Below are positions 12,788 through 23,465 of a stretch of 64,000 bases of DNA, in pieces. How positions within the stretch are numbered: position 1 is the first letter of the stretch; each line of letters begins with the position of its first letter. The notes beneath the pieces were generated by a model that saw only the letters and a program-made list of their open reading frames with translations, did not search any database and was not told the DNA's origin. The stretch is from Azolla caroliniana (taxonomy: Eukaryota; Plantae; Polypodiophyta), in assembly GCA_043228905.1 (NCBI GenBank), contig JBHGNT010000005.1:620001-684000 (forward strand). The letters run 5' to 3'. Both the position numbers and the translations under genes were made by a program.

Positions 12788-13708
12788 TGTTAACTCTTCG
12801 GGCCGGACAATGGCCTAACACAGGGTGTCTACGTGAGACACTTCACCAAAGGGTGTTACGGCAACCGGATTAGACTTCAACGCTTAATCCGACTTAGTTA
12901 AGTTACTTATTAGGATCATCTTTCATAACACGCTGTCGAGGGTTGCTACGCCCTTGCGTGCAGAAAGGAGGAGGGACCACGGGGGTCTTGGACCGAAGAG
13001 CAAGAGAGAGAGAGGAGAAGGAGAGAGAGACCCGATTACACAGAACCGAAGATTGCACAGGGACACGGCCCAACAAACAGAGATCACAAATAAACGCCGA
13101 CGCGGATGGACGCAACCACAAAAGATATGTACTTATGAATGCAAGAAATTAACAGGCTAAAGCGTTACAACCCACGGTGGGGCACGAAATAGATACTAAC
13201 GAAAACGAACAGGGCGGCGAACAGATGCCGACCCCTGTATGTCGCGACGCACGGAAAGGGGAAAACAGGTCGGAGGTGCTGCAGGACGCACTCGGGGCGT
13301 TCCACGGAACAGCGCAAGCCTCCTCGAAACCTGCACAGGTACGCGATGGAGCAGAAAACAGAGAAAGCAGGAGTGAGAGAGAGCTTCCCAAATCGGTTCG
13401 GCAGCACTTCGTCCTCTCCGCGCGAGATCCCCCACTTCTATTCTTCCTCTTCCTTTTATATCCCGTCAAGAGGCCGTTTGGCATTAACTGCATGCCAACC
13501 CAATCTACCCACCTAGGATCCTCGTATGTACCTACTTCGTCCTTAGGTACTTCTTGGCGCGCGTGTGCGTGTAGAGCCGTTTCCCCCCCACGCCTTGTTC
13601 CTCCGATTCCCCTTGTGGGCGGTTTTCTTCACGACATCCGCCCCCACCTAACCGCGCATCCACCGGCATGCGCCAATTTAAGTTGGCACGGAGAAAACCG
13701 GCCCGCCC

Positions 13709-16700
13709 TTACTCTTCGCCTGCCGGCCCTTCCTCGGCCTCGGATCGGTCGTCGCTGCTGTCCAGGAGAATCGGGTCGGGTTCGTCGTCGTGCCGCTTCT
13801 TGAAAGCTTTGATCCTCTTCCCGGCCACGGGTATCGCTATTCTCGTACCGTCGAGTTCCGCCAGATGATACGTCCCGTTGTCGTTGGCGCTCTGTACCGT
13901 GTACGGCCCGAACCATCTCCGTGCGAACTTCCGCGTTGCTCGGTGCTGGTTGTCGAGGCTGCTGTCGTAGACGAGCACCCAGTCACCCTGTTCGATCTTC
14001 TTCGGTCGGAGTCGGTGCGTTCGGTCGAACCTGGCCTTGTTCTTTATCCTCGCCACTCGGATCCTTTCTGCAGCCGCCTCCACGTCCTCCGGTCTCCGTT
14101 CGAGTTGTCGTATACGCGCTGCCAACAAGTCCTCCCGGCTCATCTCGTCCCTCCAGTCGACCGTTGCCCATGAGGAGATTGTTCGTTCCATCGGCATGAT
14201 CGGCTTCTGGCCGAACATGAGCTCTGTCGGCATGTACCCGGTTACCGAACTGTGCGTAGTCCGGTCGGCCCACAAAGCATAAGGTAGAAGTCGCGGCCAG
14301 TTACCGATCTGGCCCCCGCATGCCCGAACCAGCGCTTTAACGATCGGTCCGTGTCCGCGCTCCACCTTTCCATTCGCCTCCGGGTTGTACGCAGTGGTGA
14401 GCGAGAGTTTGACTCCCAGCCGATCAAACAGCTCCGCGGCTTCCTCGGTGTCCAACTCCCCTCGGTCAGCCACGATCTTCCCGACGCACCCGTACCGGCA
14501 TATCACGTCTTCGATCAGGAACCGACACACGGCCGCGGTCGTCTTATTCTGAAGGGCTCGGCCTTCCACCTGGTTCGTCAGGTCTTCCCGCGCTAGGACC
14601 AGATACCGCATCTGTCCTACCCCCATCGGCATCGTCACTAGATCTACCATCCATTTGAAGTGGATAGTCGGAGGGTACGTAGGGCGAAGCCCGTCCCGGT
14701 GTCGGACTATCGAGTGCATCTGACAACTCTCGCAAGTTGACACGAACCGATGCACGTCCCGGTACAATCCCGGCCACCAGTACTTCCCCTTCAGTTTCTC
14801 AAATGTCGCCCACGTTCCACGGTGTCCAGCCCAAGGGCTGTCGTGGTAGGCCGCCAGTAGCTCCTCCTGTTCTTCCTTCATCGCCACCACCCGGAGCGGG
14901 ACGCCGTTCCTCTTCTTCGGGTGCTTCCACAAATGCCCATCTCGGAGAAAGAATCGATATGCTTTCTTCCGGATCCGGTTGGCCTCGTCCTTCGTCCACG
15001 ACGCATCGGGCGTCATTGTCTTCAAAAACCCGCCGATCTGCAGCCACTCCCCGTCGTACTTGCTCGCGTCGAACTCGTTAAGCGCCGGAGTGCTCATCCC
15101 GTCGGTCGTCATGTATGCTGCCTCGAAGAAATCCACGCCGACTTCTTCGTCTTCCGAAACCATGCCGCCCTCGTCGTCGAACCTCGCTCTTGAAAGCATG
15201 TCGGCCATGGCGTTGTCTTTCCCGGAAATGTGTCGTATTTCCGGGTCCAGGGACTTGATGTACGCTATCCACCTGAGCATCGCCAGGTCCGGAGTCGCGC
15301 ATCCGGAAACCATACCGAGAATCGGCAGGCAATCCGTCTCGATGATCACTTCTGTCCCTATCAGGTAGTCTTTGTCGGCCTTAACCGCCGAAACAATACC
15401 CCAGAGTTCGCGTTTAACCTGGGCGTATCCTCGCTGCCGTTCACTGAGGACTTTCGCGCCGAATCGGATCGGGAACCGATTGCCGTCCTCGTCTTCCTGG
15501 TTCACGACCCATCCGATCCCGGTCGGACTGGTATCCACCGTTATGAATACCGGGGTACCCTTCCCGTATACCGCCTTCCGAAGTGCCGGTGCCGCTGCAA
15601 GAGCCTCTTTCAGCTTCCGGACCGATTCCGCGTGCTCGTCTAGCCATTCGAACCTTCGCCCCTTTTTCAGCAACCCGTACAGTGGCTCCGCGACGTGTGC
15701 GTAATGCGGGATCCATATGTGGTAGAACGCGCATGCCCCCAGGAATCTCCGTACTTCCGTGACCGAGCTGCAGTCGGGCTTCATCGCGGAGATGGCTTCT
15801 ATCTTTGCCGGAGACGGTTTCCGGCCATATGGTCCACATAAATGTCCGACCACCATGATTTCCGACTGCCCGAATGCTGACTTCTCCCCCGAGAAGGTGA
15901 GCCTCGCATCCTCTAGCCTTTGTAGCACCTTCTCGCAGTCGTCGATGTGCGTTACCACGAATCGCCGGCATCCGTCCGGGCCGATCGTCTCGTCCTTTTC
16001 TTCCACCGGGCATCCCTTGATCGGGATGTCGTCCAGAAACGGCATGGTGATGTCCGGGATACAGTCCCTCAGAACCTTGTTCATCGCATTCACCATGTGG
16101 GCCACCGAGTTGGTCCCTCCTTGCGGCAGTGTACACATCCGAACTAGGCCGAGGGGAGTTCGCATCGTCGTAACGTCTCTGCTCTCCACGGCTAGCTGGA
16201 ACTGGTCGTACCCTGAGTATAGATCCCCGACCGAGTAAATTGACCTTCCGGCGAAGGCCTCCGCGAACTCGTCTATGGTCGGTCCGATCCCTGCGTTCCG
16301 AATCGTCACTCGATTGACCGGCTGCAGGTCCTGGATGAAGCGCAACGAACCGTTTTTCTTCGGTACGGTAAACCATCGATTCGAATATGGGGCGCTCGAC
16401 GGCTCGAGAATTCCCATATCAACTTTCTGCCTCAGCAGCTCCATCAACTTCGGGATGTGAGCTCTCGGAACCGGGATTGGCTTGAGATTCCATGGTACAT
16501 GCGGTACCGTGAATATCACCATCGGCTCCACGATCGTCGGGTCAACGCACCCGATTTCCTCCGGCGAGAATGCGAAGGCTTTCCCGTGCCTTCCGAGCAT
16601 TCTCCGAAACCGGTCTTCCTCCGCCGGCAGTAGGAACCCGCCCCCACCGATTTTGAGCTCTCGGAGCGTCTCGTCGGTGAAGGTGTGTCCTATGCAGGCC

Positions 16701-17206
16701 GGATCTCGTAGACTAGGGTCCGATGCAACCCCTTTGATTCTCGACGCGCTGTCCTCCGGTAAGGGTGCCGCGACTGGCCTTACCTTCCGGTCCACAGTCT
16801 TGTACTTGGTGCTCACGTGGGCCGTCCGAACTGACTCGAGCCCTCGACCGAAGTCCGCGATGACTTCGTGCATCTCCTCGGAACACACCGGTATCGTCCG
16901 GTCTTCGTTAAGGCCTTCTTCGACTACCTTTCCCAGCATTCCCAAGGTGTCGTCGAATGAGACCGCCTCCACGGCCCCGTTGATTTCCTCGTCAGGGCCG
17001 AGAACTCCGCACGCTCGAAGTCTCCCCTCCGCCTTTCTCTTCTCTCGGCCGCCGATGCCGACTGTCGTGCACGCTCCGCTGTCGGAGAACAAAAATTCCC
17101 TACCTATGGTACAAGGTTTCTTCGGTTTTATCGTACAGGTGTGGGGTTTTCCCGGGGTGTCCGGACTGTCGCGGCCCCACGCCTTGGCAGTCCTCTCTAA
17201 AAATCC
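13709..17206 (-). CDS. pol: Pol (RT - RNase H - integrase) of the young Gypsy; the frame is open upstream as far as the slippery site
   Basis: RT motifs QDLQPVN, DLYSGYDQ and FLDD; RH motif VDTSPTGIG; integrase HHCC (HDSPWAGH..CESC), D-D-E core (VDLV, ADRG, KVERGH) and GPY module. No stop between 17206 and 13709 in this frame. Confidence 0.95.
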   Translation of the reverse strand, partial: GFLERTAKAWGRDSPDTPGKPHTCTIKPKKPCTIGREFLFSDSGACTTVGIGGREKRKAEGRLRACGVLGPDEEINGAVEAVSFDDTLGMLGKVVEEGLNEDRTIPVCSEEMHEVIADFGRGLESVRTAHVSTKYKTVDRKVRPVAAPLPEDSASRIKGVASDPSLRDPACIGHTFTDETLRELKIGGGGFLLPAEEDRFRRMLGRHGKAFAFSPEEIGCVDPTIVEPMVIFTVPHVPWNLKPIPVPRAHIPKLMELLRQKVDMGILEPSSAPYSNRWFTVPKKNGSLRFIQDLQPVNRVTIRNAGIGPTIDEFAEAFAGRSIYSVGDLYSGYDQFQLAVESRDVTTMRTPLGLVRMCTLPQGGTNSVAHMVNAMNKVLRDCIPDITMPFLDDIPIKGCPVEEKDETIGPDGCRRFVVTHIDDCEKVLQRLEDARLTFSGEKSAFGQSEIMVVGHLCGPYGRKPSPAKIEAISAMKPDCSSVTEVRRFLGACAFYHIWIPHYAHVAEPLYGLLKKGRRFEWLDEHAESVRKLKEALAAAPALRKAVYGKGTPVFITVDTSPTGIGWVVNQEDEDGNRFPIRFGAKVLSERQRGYAQVKRELWGIVSAVKADKDYLIGTEVIIETDCLPILGMVSGCATPDLAMLRWIAYIKSLDPEIRHISGKDNAMADMLSRARFDDEGGMVSEDEEVGVDFFEAAYMTTDGMSTPALNEFDASKYDGEWLQIGGFLKTMTPDASWTKDEANRIRKKAYRFFLRDGHLWKHPKKRNGVPLRVVAMKEEQEELLAAYHDSPWAGHRGTWATFEKLKGKYWWPGLYRDVHRFVSTCESCQMHSIVRHRDGLRPTYPPTIHFKWMVDLVTMPMGVGQMRYLVLAREDLTNQVEGRALQNKTTAAVCRFLIEDVICRYGCVGKIVADRGELDTEEAAELFDRLGVKLSLTTAYNPEANGKVERGHGPIVKALVRACGGQIGNWPRLLPYALWADRTTHSSVTGYMPTELMFGQKPIMPMERTISSWATVDWRDEMSREDLLAARIRQLERRPEDVEAAAERIRVARIKNKARFDRTHRLRPKKIEQGDWVLVYDSSLDNQHRATRKFARRWFGPYTVQSANDNGTYHLAELDGTRIAIPVAGKRIKAFKKRHDDEPDPILLDSSDDRSEAEEGPAGEE

Positions 17207-17934
17207 TCTCGGTTTTCGGAACCGAGGGAATCACGGTTACGTTCGTGGTTCGGCCTTACCGTCAGAAACTGGACCGAATGGAGCCCGTCTTGGCTTTTGA
17301 CCCTCGCGTAGGCCGAACCATTGTCCAGCACTTTGGTCTCCATCCGCGCCGCCGTAATGTACGGTTCTCCCAGAATGACCGGGTGCGAAGACGTCTCCTG
17401 CACGAAGAAGTGTTGGTCAATCTCGACGTCGCCAATCTTGACCCGCACATTCGGACAGGCCCCGTGCAGTTCCTCGGTGGCGCGCGTTGCTGCCCTTATT
17501 TTCCACCCGTGCTTGGTGTTGATCGGCCATTTGCCCTTCTTATAGAAGTCCATGGACATCAAATTGATCTCCGATCCGTGGTCCACCAAAGCTATCACCG
17601 GTTCCTGGACATCGCCGATCTTCACCGGGGTTTCCGTGGTCGCTCGGGCCCAGTGTGGTCTCGAATAGTGGCTTTCCGCCCACCCGTCTCCCAGCGCCAT
17701 GTCGTCTAGGTGCGTCGTTCGCACTTCCACCGATCTTTCCGGTTCTGTCTCCGTCGACAGCCTCTTCCGTTTCACCAAGTCCACGATGGAGTCGTGGAAC
17801 TCCTTCTTGGCGATTCCCAGCACCTCTCGTAACGACAGCTCCACCTTGCTGTCGAGGATCCGTTCCTCCAGGACCTTTCGTAAGTCCGTGGTCCTTTCTA
17901 TCTCCGTCCCCAGACGGTACCCGCCCTTCTGGGT
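17197..17934 (-). CDS. Aspartic protease-containing ORF of the young Gypsy, in a different frame from both gag and pol
   Basis: Active-site motif ALVDHGSEINLM and VILGEP flap/end motif. The frame opens after a TAA near 17935 and ends ...ENREDF*. Confidence 0.85.
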   Translation of the reverse strand, partial: TQKGGYRLGTEIERTTDLRKVLEERILDSKVELSLREVLGIAKKEFHDSIVDLVKRKRLSTETEPERSVEVRTTHLDDMALGDGWAESHYSRPHWARATTETPVKIGDVQEPVIALVDHGSEINLMSMDFYKKGKWPINTKHGWKIRAATRATEELHGACPNVRVKIGDVEIDQHFFVQETSSHPVILGEPYITAARMETKVLDNGSAYARVKSQDGLHSVQFLTVRPNHERNRDSLGSENREDF

Positions 17935-19322
17935 TTATCTTGCGTACCGGCCCCGCCGGCTTCGTCCCGTCGTGGCCCGGACCGGGTCTCGTATCGTTGT
18001 GAGGGCCCGGTCGTCCCGGGTCTCCCCACCCGCTTCTCTTCTACCAGAGCCTCGTAGTTCTGGCAAGCAGCTTCCACGAAGCCCGTCCTTTCCTCGACCG
18101 GGTCGCTCCACCCGGTCATCTCCCGTACCCGTTTCTCCGCACGGTCCGATTCCTCCCTCTTCATCCTCGTCTCGGCAAGGCCTTCCAGCACCGTTGGCCA
18201 GAATCCGGCTTTGCTTTCCCTCCGGGCCTCGCCGCCCCCAACTCGAATGCCGGCCGACGCCGAGTAGTGGACGGTTTCCGCGTGTCGGGCCGCCGCCTCT
18301 TCCATCACCCTTTTCATACCGCCTTTTCCGTCGTTTCGGCTCAGGGCCCTTCGGGTGTCGCTGGCATGCACCCGTCCTTCCCACAGGTACACCACCCTGT
18401 TCCTCAGCGCCTCCGCGAAGTCGCCGCAGTCCTTCCGAATGTGGCCGACTTCATCGCACCACATGCACCTGTTTCCTGCCGCCGGCCGTCGGTCACGAGC
18501 CGGTTCGCCTCCTTCCCTTCGGGCCTGCGCGATTTGGAGGTCCTTTATCGCCTTCGTCAATTCCTCCAGCGCCGCTCCTCCGGTTGAGCCTCTGACTACG
18601 CCGGTCGAAGCCGAACCGGTTTCCAACCACTCCCGGGTCTCTTCCTTGCGCACCTGTGGCGCTGGTTCGAGCTTCCTTCCTGCGACCGAGCCCGACCCGG
18701 TCGCCCCGTTATCCGCCCATTCTCGCCGTTTGTCGAAACGGCCACAGACCTTCCTGACAGCCGCCCAGTCGGTAGTGAGCCCGTCTTCGGTTTCCAGCAA
18801 GAAGCCCACTTGCTCCCGATCCCGCTCGTCGACCGACTTGACAAACAGCAAGACCCGGCTCGTGTCCAGGATGGTTCGGTCAAGCGCCGAAAGGCGCGCA
18901 AAGTTTTCCTCGAACTCCCGGAGGAGCGCCGACGCGTTTCTTCCCTTCCCCGGGGACTCCACCCATTCCATGAACCTTCGCTTCGAAAGCCGGAGCGCGT
19001 CGTCCAGCCCGTATTTCTCTAGGAGCCGACCTTCGAACTCCTCCCAGGTACGGCTCTCCGTCCGCACCTCGAGCACCTCCGCATGGATGCTCGGCATCGC
19101 CACTCGGGGAAATCCGGCAAGACGCCTTTCTTCCGGAATGTCCCGCATCAGCATCTCTGCACCGTAGGACGCCAAATACTTCGTGGCATCCTTCCCATCG
19201 AACCGGCCGATCGTGCCGACGACCGCCTCAATAGCTCTGTCGAGGGCGCCGGTGCTCTCGCGCGCGTTTACAATCCGATCCACGGCCGAAGCCATGGCCT
19301 CTGCGAGATCCGACCCCCTCAT
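17898..19322 (-). CDS. gag: Gag of the young Gypsy
   Basis: First ATG after the PBS (MRGSDLAEAM); GRFDGKDATKYL capsid-like start; CCHC knuckle CMWCDEVGHIRKDC. Confidence 0.88.
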   Translation of the reverse strand: MRGSDLAEAMASAVDRIVNARESTGALDRAIEAVVGTIGRFDGKDATKYLASYGAEMLMRDIPEERRLAGFPRVAMPSIHAEVLEVRTESRTWEEFEGRLLEKYGLDDALRLSKRRFMEWVESPGKGRNASALLREFEENFARLSALDRTILDTSRVLLFVKSVDERDREQVGFLLETEDGLTTDWAAVRKVCGRFDKRREWADNGATGSGSVAGRKLEPAPQVRKEETREWLETGSASTGVVRGSTGGAALEELTKAIKDLQIAQARREGGEPARDRRPAAGNRCMWCDEVGHIRKDCGDFAEALRNRVVYLWEGRVHASDTRRALSRNDGKGGMKRVMEEAAARHAETVHYSASAGIRVGGGEARRESKAGFWPTVLEGLAETRMKREESDRAEKRVREMTGWSDPVEERTGFVEAACQNYEALVEEKRVGRPGTTGPSQRYETRSGPRRDEAGGAGTQDKPRRAGTVWGRR

Positions 19323-19344
19323 TTCCTGCTCTTCTGCCGCCTCC

Positions 19345-19362
19345 TTCACGTCGGGTTCACCA
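19345..19362 (-). other. Primer binding site complementary to tRNA-Trp
   Basis: The minus strand reads TGGTGAACCCGACGTGAA, 4 nt from the LTR. This is complementary to ...TTCACGTCGGGTTCA-CCA, the plant cytosolic tRNA-Trp 3' end as I recall it. Confidence 0.85.
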
Positions 19363-20415
19363 AAGATGTCGAGGGTTGCTACGCCCTTGCGTGCAGAAAG
19401 GAGGAGGGACCACGGGGGTCTTGGACCGAAGAGCAAGAGAGAGAGAGGAGAAGGAGAGAGAGACCCGATTACACAGAACCGAAGATTGCACAGGGACACG
19501 GCCCAACAAACAGAGATCACAAATAAACGCCGACGCGGATGGACGCAACCACAAAAGATATGTACTTATGAATGCAAGAAATTAACAGGCTAAAGCGTTA
19601 CAACCCACGGTGGGGCACGAAATAGATACTAACGAAAACGAACAGGGCGGCGAACAGATGCCGACCCCTGTATGTCGCGACGCACGGAAAGGGGAAAACA
19701 GGTCGGAGGTGCTGCAGGACGCACTCGGGGCGTTCCACGGAACAGCGCAAGCCTCCTCGAAACCTGCACAGGTACGCGATGGAGCAGAAAACAGAGAAAG
19801 CAGGAGTGAGAGAGAGCTTCCCAAATCGGTTCGGCAGCACTTCGTCCTCTCCGCGCGAGATCCCCCACTTCTATTCTTCCTCTTCCTTTTATATCCCGTC
19901 AAGAGGCCGTTTGGCATTAACTGCATGCCAACCCAATCTACCCACCTAGGATCCTCGTATGTACCTACTTCGTCCTTAGGTACTTCTTGGCGCGCGTGTG
20001 CGTGTAGAGCCGTTTCCCCCCCACGCCTTGTTCCTCCGATTCCCCTTGTGGGCGGTTTTCTTCACGACAACGCGTAAGATATAACAATTAAGACAGAACG
20101 GCAATTAACACAGAGAGATAACAACGCTTAAGCTTTCATTAATTAACCGCTAACTATTACATTGTATCCGGGCCTTTAAATAGGTTTCCGGTCTGTATTA
20201 CAAAACGGTGCCATCCGCACCTGTTCGGGATCGGTCCAGATCCGGAACGGCATACCGATTCCGGTCCGTCCGTCCACACTCATAGCTTAATTACAACCAC
20301 ATTCCTACTACTTAATTAGCTCTCCGTTTCCCACTCTGGACTCCTTTGCCGGCCGGTAACACATGGCACGCCTGTGGGACAGTACCTTGTACGTCGAATC
20401 CACAACCGACCCTTG

Positions 20416-23314
20416 CTATTCTTCGTCCAAAATGTCCAGAATGCTTTGTTCGAGAGGCTCCAATGGTTCATTTGGAAGTGGTTGTTGTTGTTGTTGTTGT
20501 TGCTACTCTGTTGCTGTCTGTTGCGGCGGGTCCGTTGGTGGTTGTTGCGGCTGCTCCTCCGTTTGTGGCTCTGACCCCAGCGTCTCCGTCGTTGCTCCCT
20601 GCGTCGTAGTGGTCTCCGGTTGACTGGTTCCCGGCTGGCCCTCAGCCGGCGACGATTCCTCATCACTAAGGTTAACCGTTGTCGCTTCCTGTGCTTTTTC
20701 TTCCCGTACCCGGGACCGCTCGTAGCTTTCAAACTGGATTTGAGCGTCCAGCCTATCATCGTCCAACTGAGCTACGAGTTGCCTGACCTGCGCCAGCTGT
20801 TCATCTGCCAGGACTTGGAAGTCGTCGGCCAGCTCGTCCCGTATGGCGGTGAAGTCCTCGGAAGTCAACGTATAACAGTCATCTCCTTCCTTCCGCCGGT
20901 TTGCCACATCCGCCCGTAGCAACTGGAGTTCCGTCGCGTTTTGTGCCCACTTTGTCCACCATTTTACGGAGCTTTCATCAATCAAGTGTTTCGTCTGATT
21001 CAGCCATGCCCGGAGGATGGACTGAATCCGGCTCGTTCCCAATTGCGATTTGGTTTCCGCCGCTTGCCGTTCCTCCTTCAGTTGTTTGATGATTTTGACG
21101 TTGTCCTCCGCCTGCGCCTTGTAATGCGTCAATTGCCTTTGATATGTACTTTGTAATTTCTGCAATACTGTTGACGCTCTCTCTTTGTCTTCCTGCTGCT
21201 GCCTCTGGAGCTCTATTCGGACCTTCTCCGCCTCTTCCAAGCGTCTTGTATTTTCCGCCCGTTCGTCGGCGATCGCCGTCGCGGCCCGATCAACTACCTG
21301 CTGGAGCTCGGCCATCCGTTCTTTATGCTCCGTTTCCAGCCATTTGTAGTCCCGGTGTAGGTGCTCAAAATCATCTGTCTTTTGCTTGAGCCGTGCGTTG
21401 ATCTGACGACGGGCCCGGTCCTCGCGGTCCTTCTGCTGGCGGAGCTCTTCCTTTAGCCGTTCAATCTCTGTTTCCGCCGTTTTCCGCAGCTTGTCCTTTT
21501 CCTGCAACACTTTGTCTTTCTCCTCCTTTAGCCGGTCGTACGCTTGATGGCCTTTCCGAAGGCTCTCCTCTACCCGGCGGAGGTTCTCAGCAGTCTTCTT
21601 TAATTCGGCTTCGGCTGCCGTCTTCAATTCTCGTTCACGGCTCCTTAACGCTTCTTGTGCGGCAAGTTCCTCTCTCAATTCCGCAAGCTCCCAAGCTTGC
21701 GCCGCATCTCTCGCCGGAACGGTTTCCGTTGCCGGGGTCTTATTGCTATGTACAGGTCGTTCCGTTTCTTTATTCTGTACACTTACCGGAGTCACTGGTG
21801 ATTGGATCCGTATTTTGGCCATCTCTGTCGTGACCTGATCCAAATCTTTTTCAAGGCACCGGATTCTGGACCCGGCCGTCTCTAGTTGTTCGGTTGTGAC
21901 GAGCAACCGTTCGCTTTGCGCTCTTTCTTCCGCCTCTATATACCCCACTGCTCCGGCTATCTGTTCGCCTATCCACCGGAGCCACAGGCTACCGGTGCCT
22001 TGTTGTGCTTGCACAGAGGTTTGATAGATGAGCTCACTTCTAGAGGGGTGGTCCCGCCTGGTTGCGCCGAGTTGTAGTTCCTTTTCTGTCCGTGGACCAT
22101 CCTGTTATCCTGGTTCCCCTTGCGCTTCTTCTTGGCTGACCGAGGGAGGCTGCAGTGACCGAGGGAGTCTCAGTCTGGGGAGCCGGTGTTCCCTCTGTCT
22201 GAGGGTCCGAACGTTTCCCGGTTGTCTCAACGGTCCTTGCCGACGACCGTCGCTGGAGGTGCTCCGTAGGCTCCTCCTCTATTTCCTCCTCCTGAGCTCC
22301 GGCATTGAGTTTTGCTGCCAAGGGGTCCACTTCTCGATTCACCGGTCGGTGGAGTGTGACCTTTACGGGCCGTGCCGGTGGTTCCTCCTGCGCCTCCGTT
22401 GGGTGCTTCCGGCTTCCGCTTCCTGCTGCCGCCTGTTCTGCATCCACCGCCTTTCCCTTACTGGCCTTAGAGGCCAACATCTGTTGCCGTTTGGAAGCCG
22501 TCCTTGGGGTGCCGTCCAGCACTCTTCCTCGCTTCTTGGGCTGGACGGTCTGAACGGGTTGCACCAGCAAGGTGAGCCACTGCGTTACGGCGTGCCATAT
22601 CCTTCGTCCGTCTCGGCCTTCTTTGCCGTCTTTGCCTCTAACGATCTTGATCGCCGCACACAACCCGTCTGCAATCAATACCGGCCAATCCACCTTGATT
22701 CCTTCATAGGTGGCGATGATCATCCCTGCCCGGTTTTGCGGCATGACAGGGGTTCTAGGGTACACGTGGCCGTATTCATGGAGCACACGAGCAATTTCGC
22801 GGAAAAGCATATCCCCGCCGCCCTGTGTCCGGTAGCCCTTGCTGGCTAGAGAGTACTCACCAAAATACCTGATGAGTTGCTCCGGGGTTGGATTGTCGAT
22901 CGTGAGTATGCCTCCCTCCGGAAGGCCTGTTAACGCTCGAATCGCCTCTACCGTTATGACCTCTGTATCGATTTCCTTGATCACTTTGTCGGCTTCTTTG
23001 TGTGGCAGTACTTCCATCATCATCAAGAAGCCCTCGAGCCCGTGTTGCTTCAACCATGTCTTGGCGGCTTCCGACAGCGTTTGCGGGTCCATCTCTATGT
23101 CGGGGTCGGATTGCGGTGGCGAGGATGGATGGTGATGAGAGTGGGGTTGAGAAAGAGAGAGTTCAGAAGGCGGGGGTTCTCTGTACGCAGGTTCTCGTCT
23201 AATGATCTTGCAGCGTTTCGGTGCTTCTGTGCTCCTGGGTTCGCGAAAGTAGAGGGTCTCTACGCACAATGGTTTTTGTCTGTGCATTCTGGCGCCTTTT
23301 TCGAGTTTGTGCAT
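20416..23314 (-). CDS. Extra ORF(s) in the env-like position of the Athila-like element; now two ORFs (22040-23314 and 20503-22014) with frameshift/stop damage
   Basis: The N-terminal part has the pattern ITVEAIRALTGLPEGG...YEGIKVDWPVLI seen in plant retroelement accessory ORFs. The C-terminal part is a long E/K/R/Q-rich coiled-coil-like stretch with a Q/P-rich tail. Confidence 0.7.
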
Positions 23315-23465
23315 GTCGCGTACTTAAAATAGCATTATGTCCTGTGGTGGCGCTTTAAATGCCCACTACATACCTTTTCGCTCCACGCTCTTTCCTCCAT
23401 TCATTCCTCGCTTTTGCATGATTGTTTTTTTTTTTTTTTCAGTTATTTTTATTGTTAGTGTGACG

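Larger units (their letters stand above)
12934..20069 (-). mobile_element. Full-length, very young Ty3/Gypsy element (7136 bp), no chromodomain, 4-bp TSD ACGC
   Basis: 703-bp LTRs at 12934-13636 and 19367-20069 with no difference seen by eye, and ORF-track translations identical in several frames. ACGC at 12930-12933 and 20070-20073. PPT GGTTAGGTGGGGGCGGA at 13637-13653; PBS at 19345-19362. Confidence 0.97.

Noticed and set aside
13790-19593. Many antisense and alternative-frame ORFs over the young Gypsy, and likewise over 20300-29400
   Set aside because: They are expected shadows of GC-rich, stop-poor coding sequence and show no independent motifs.
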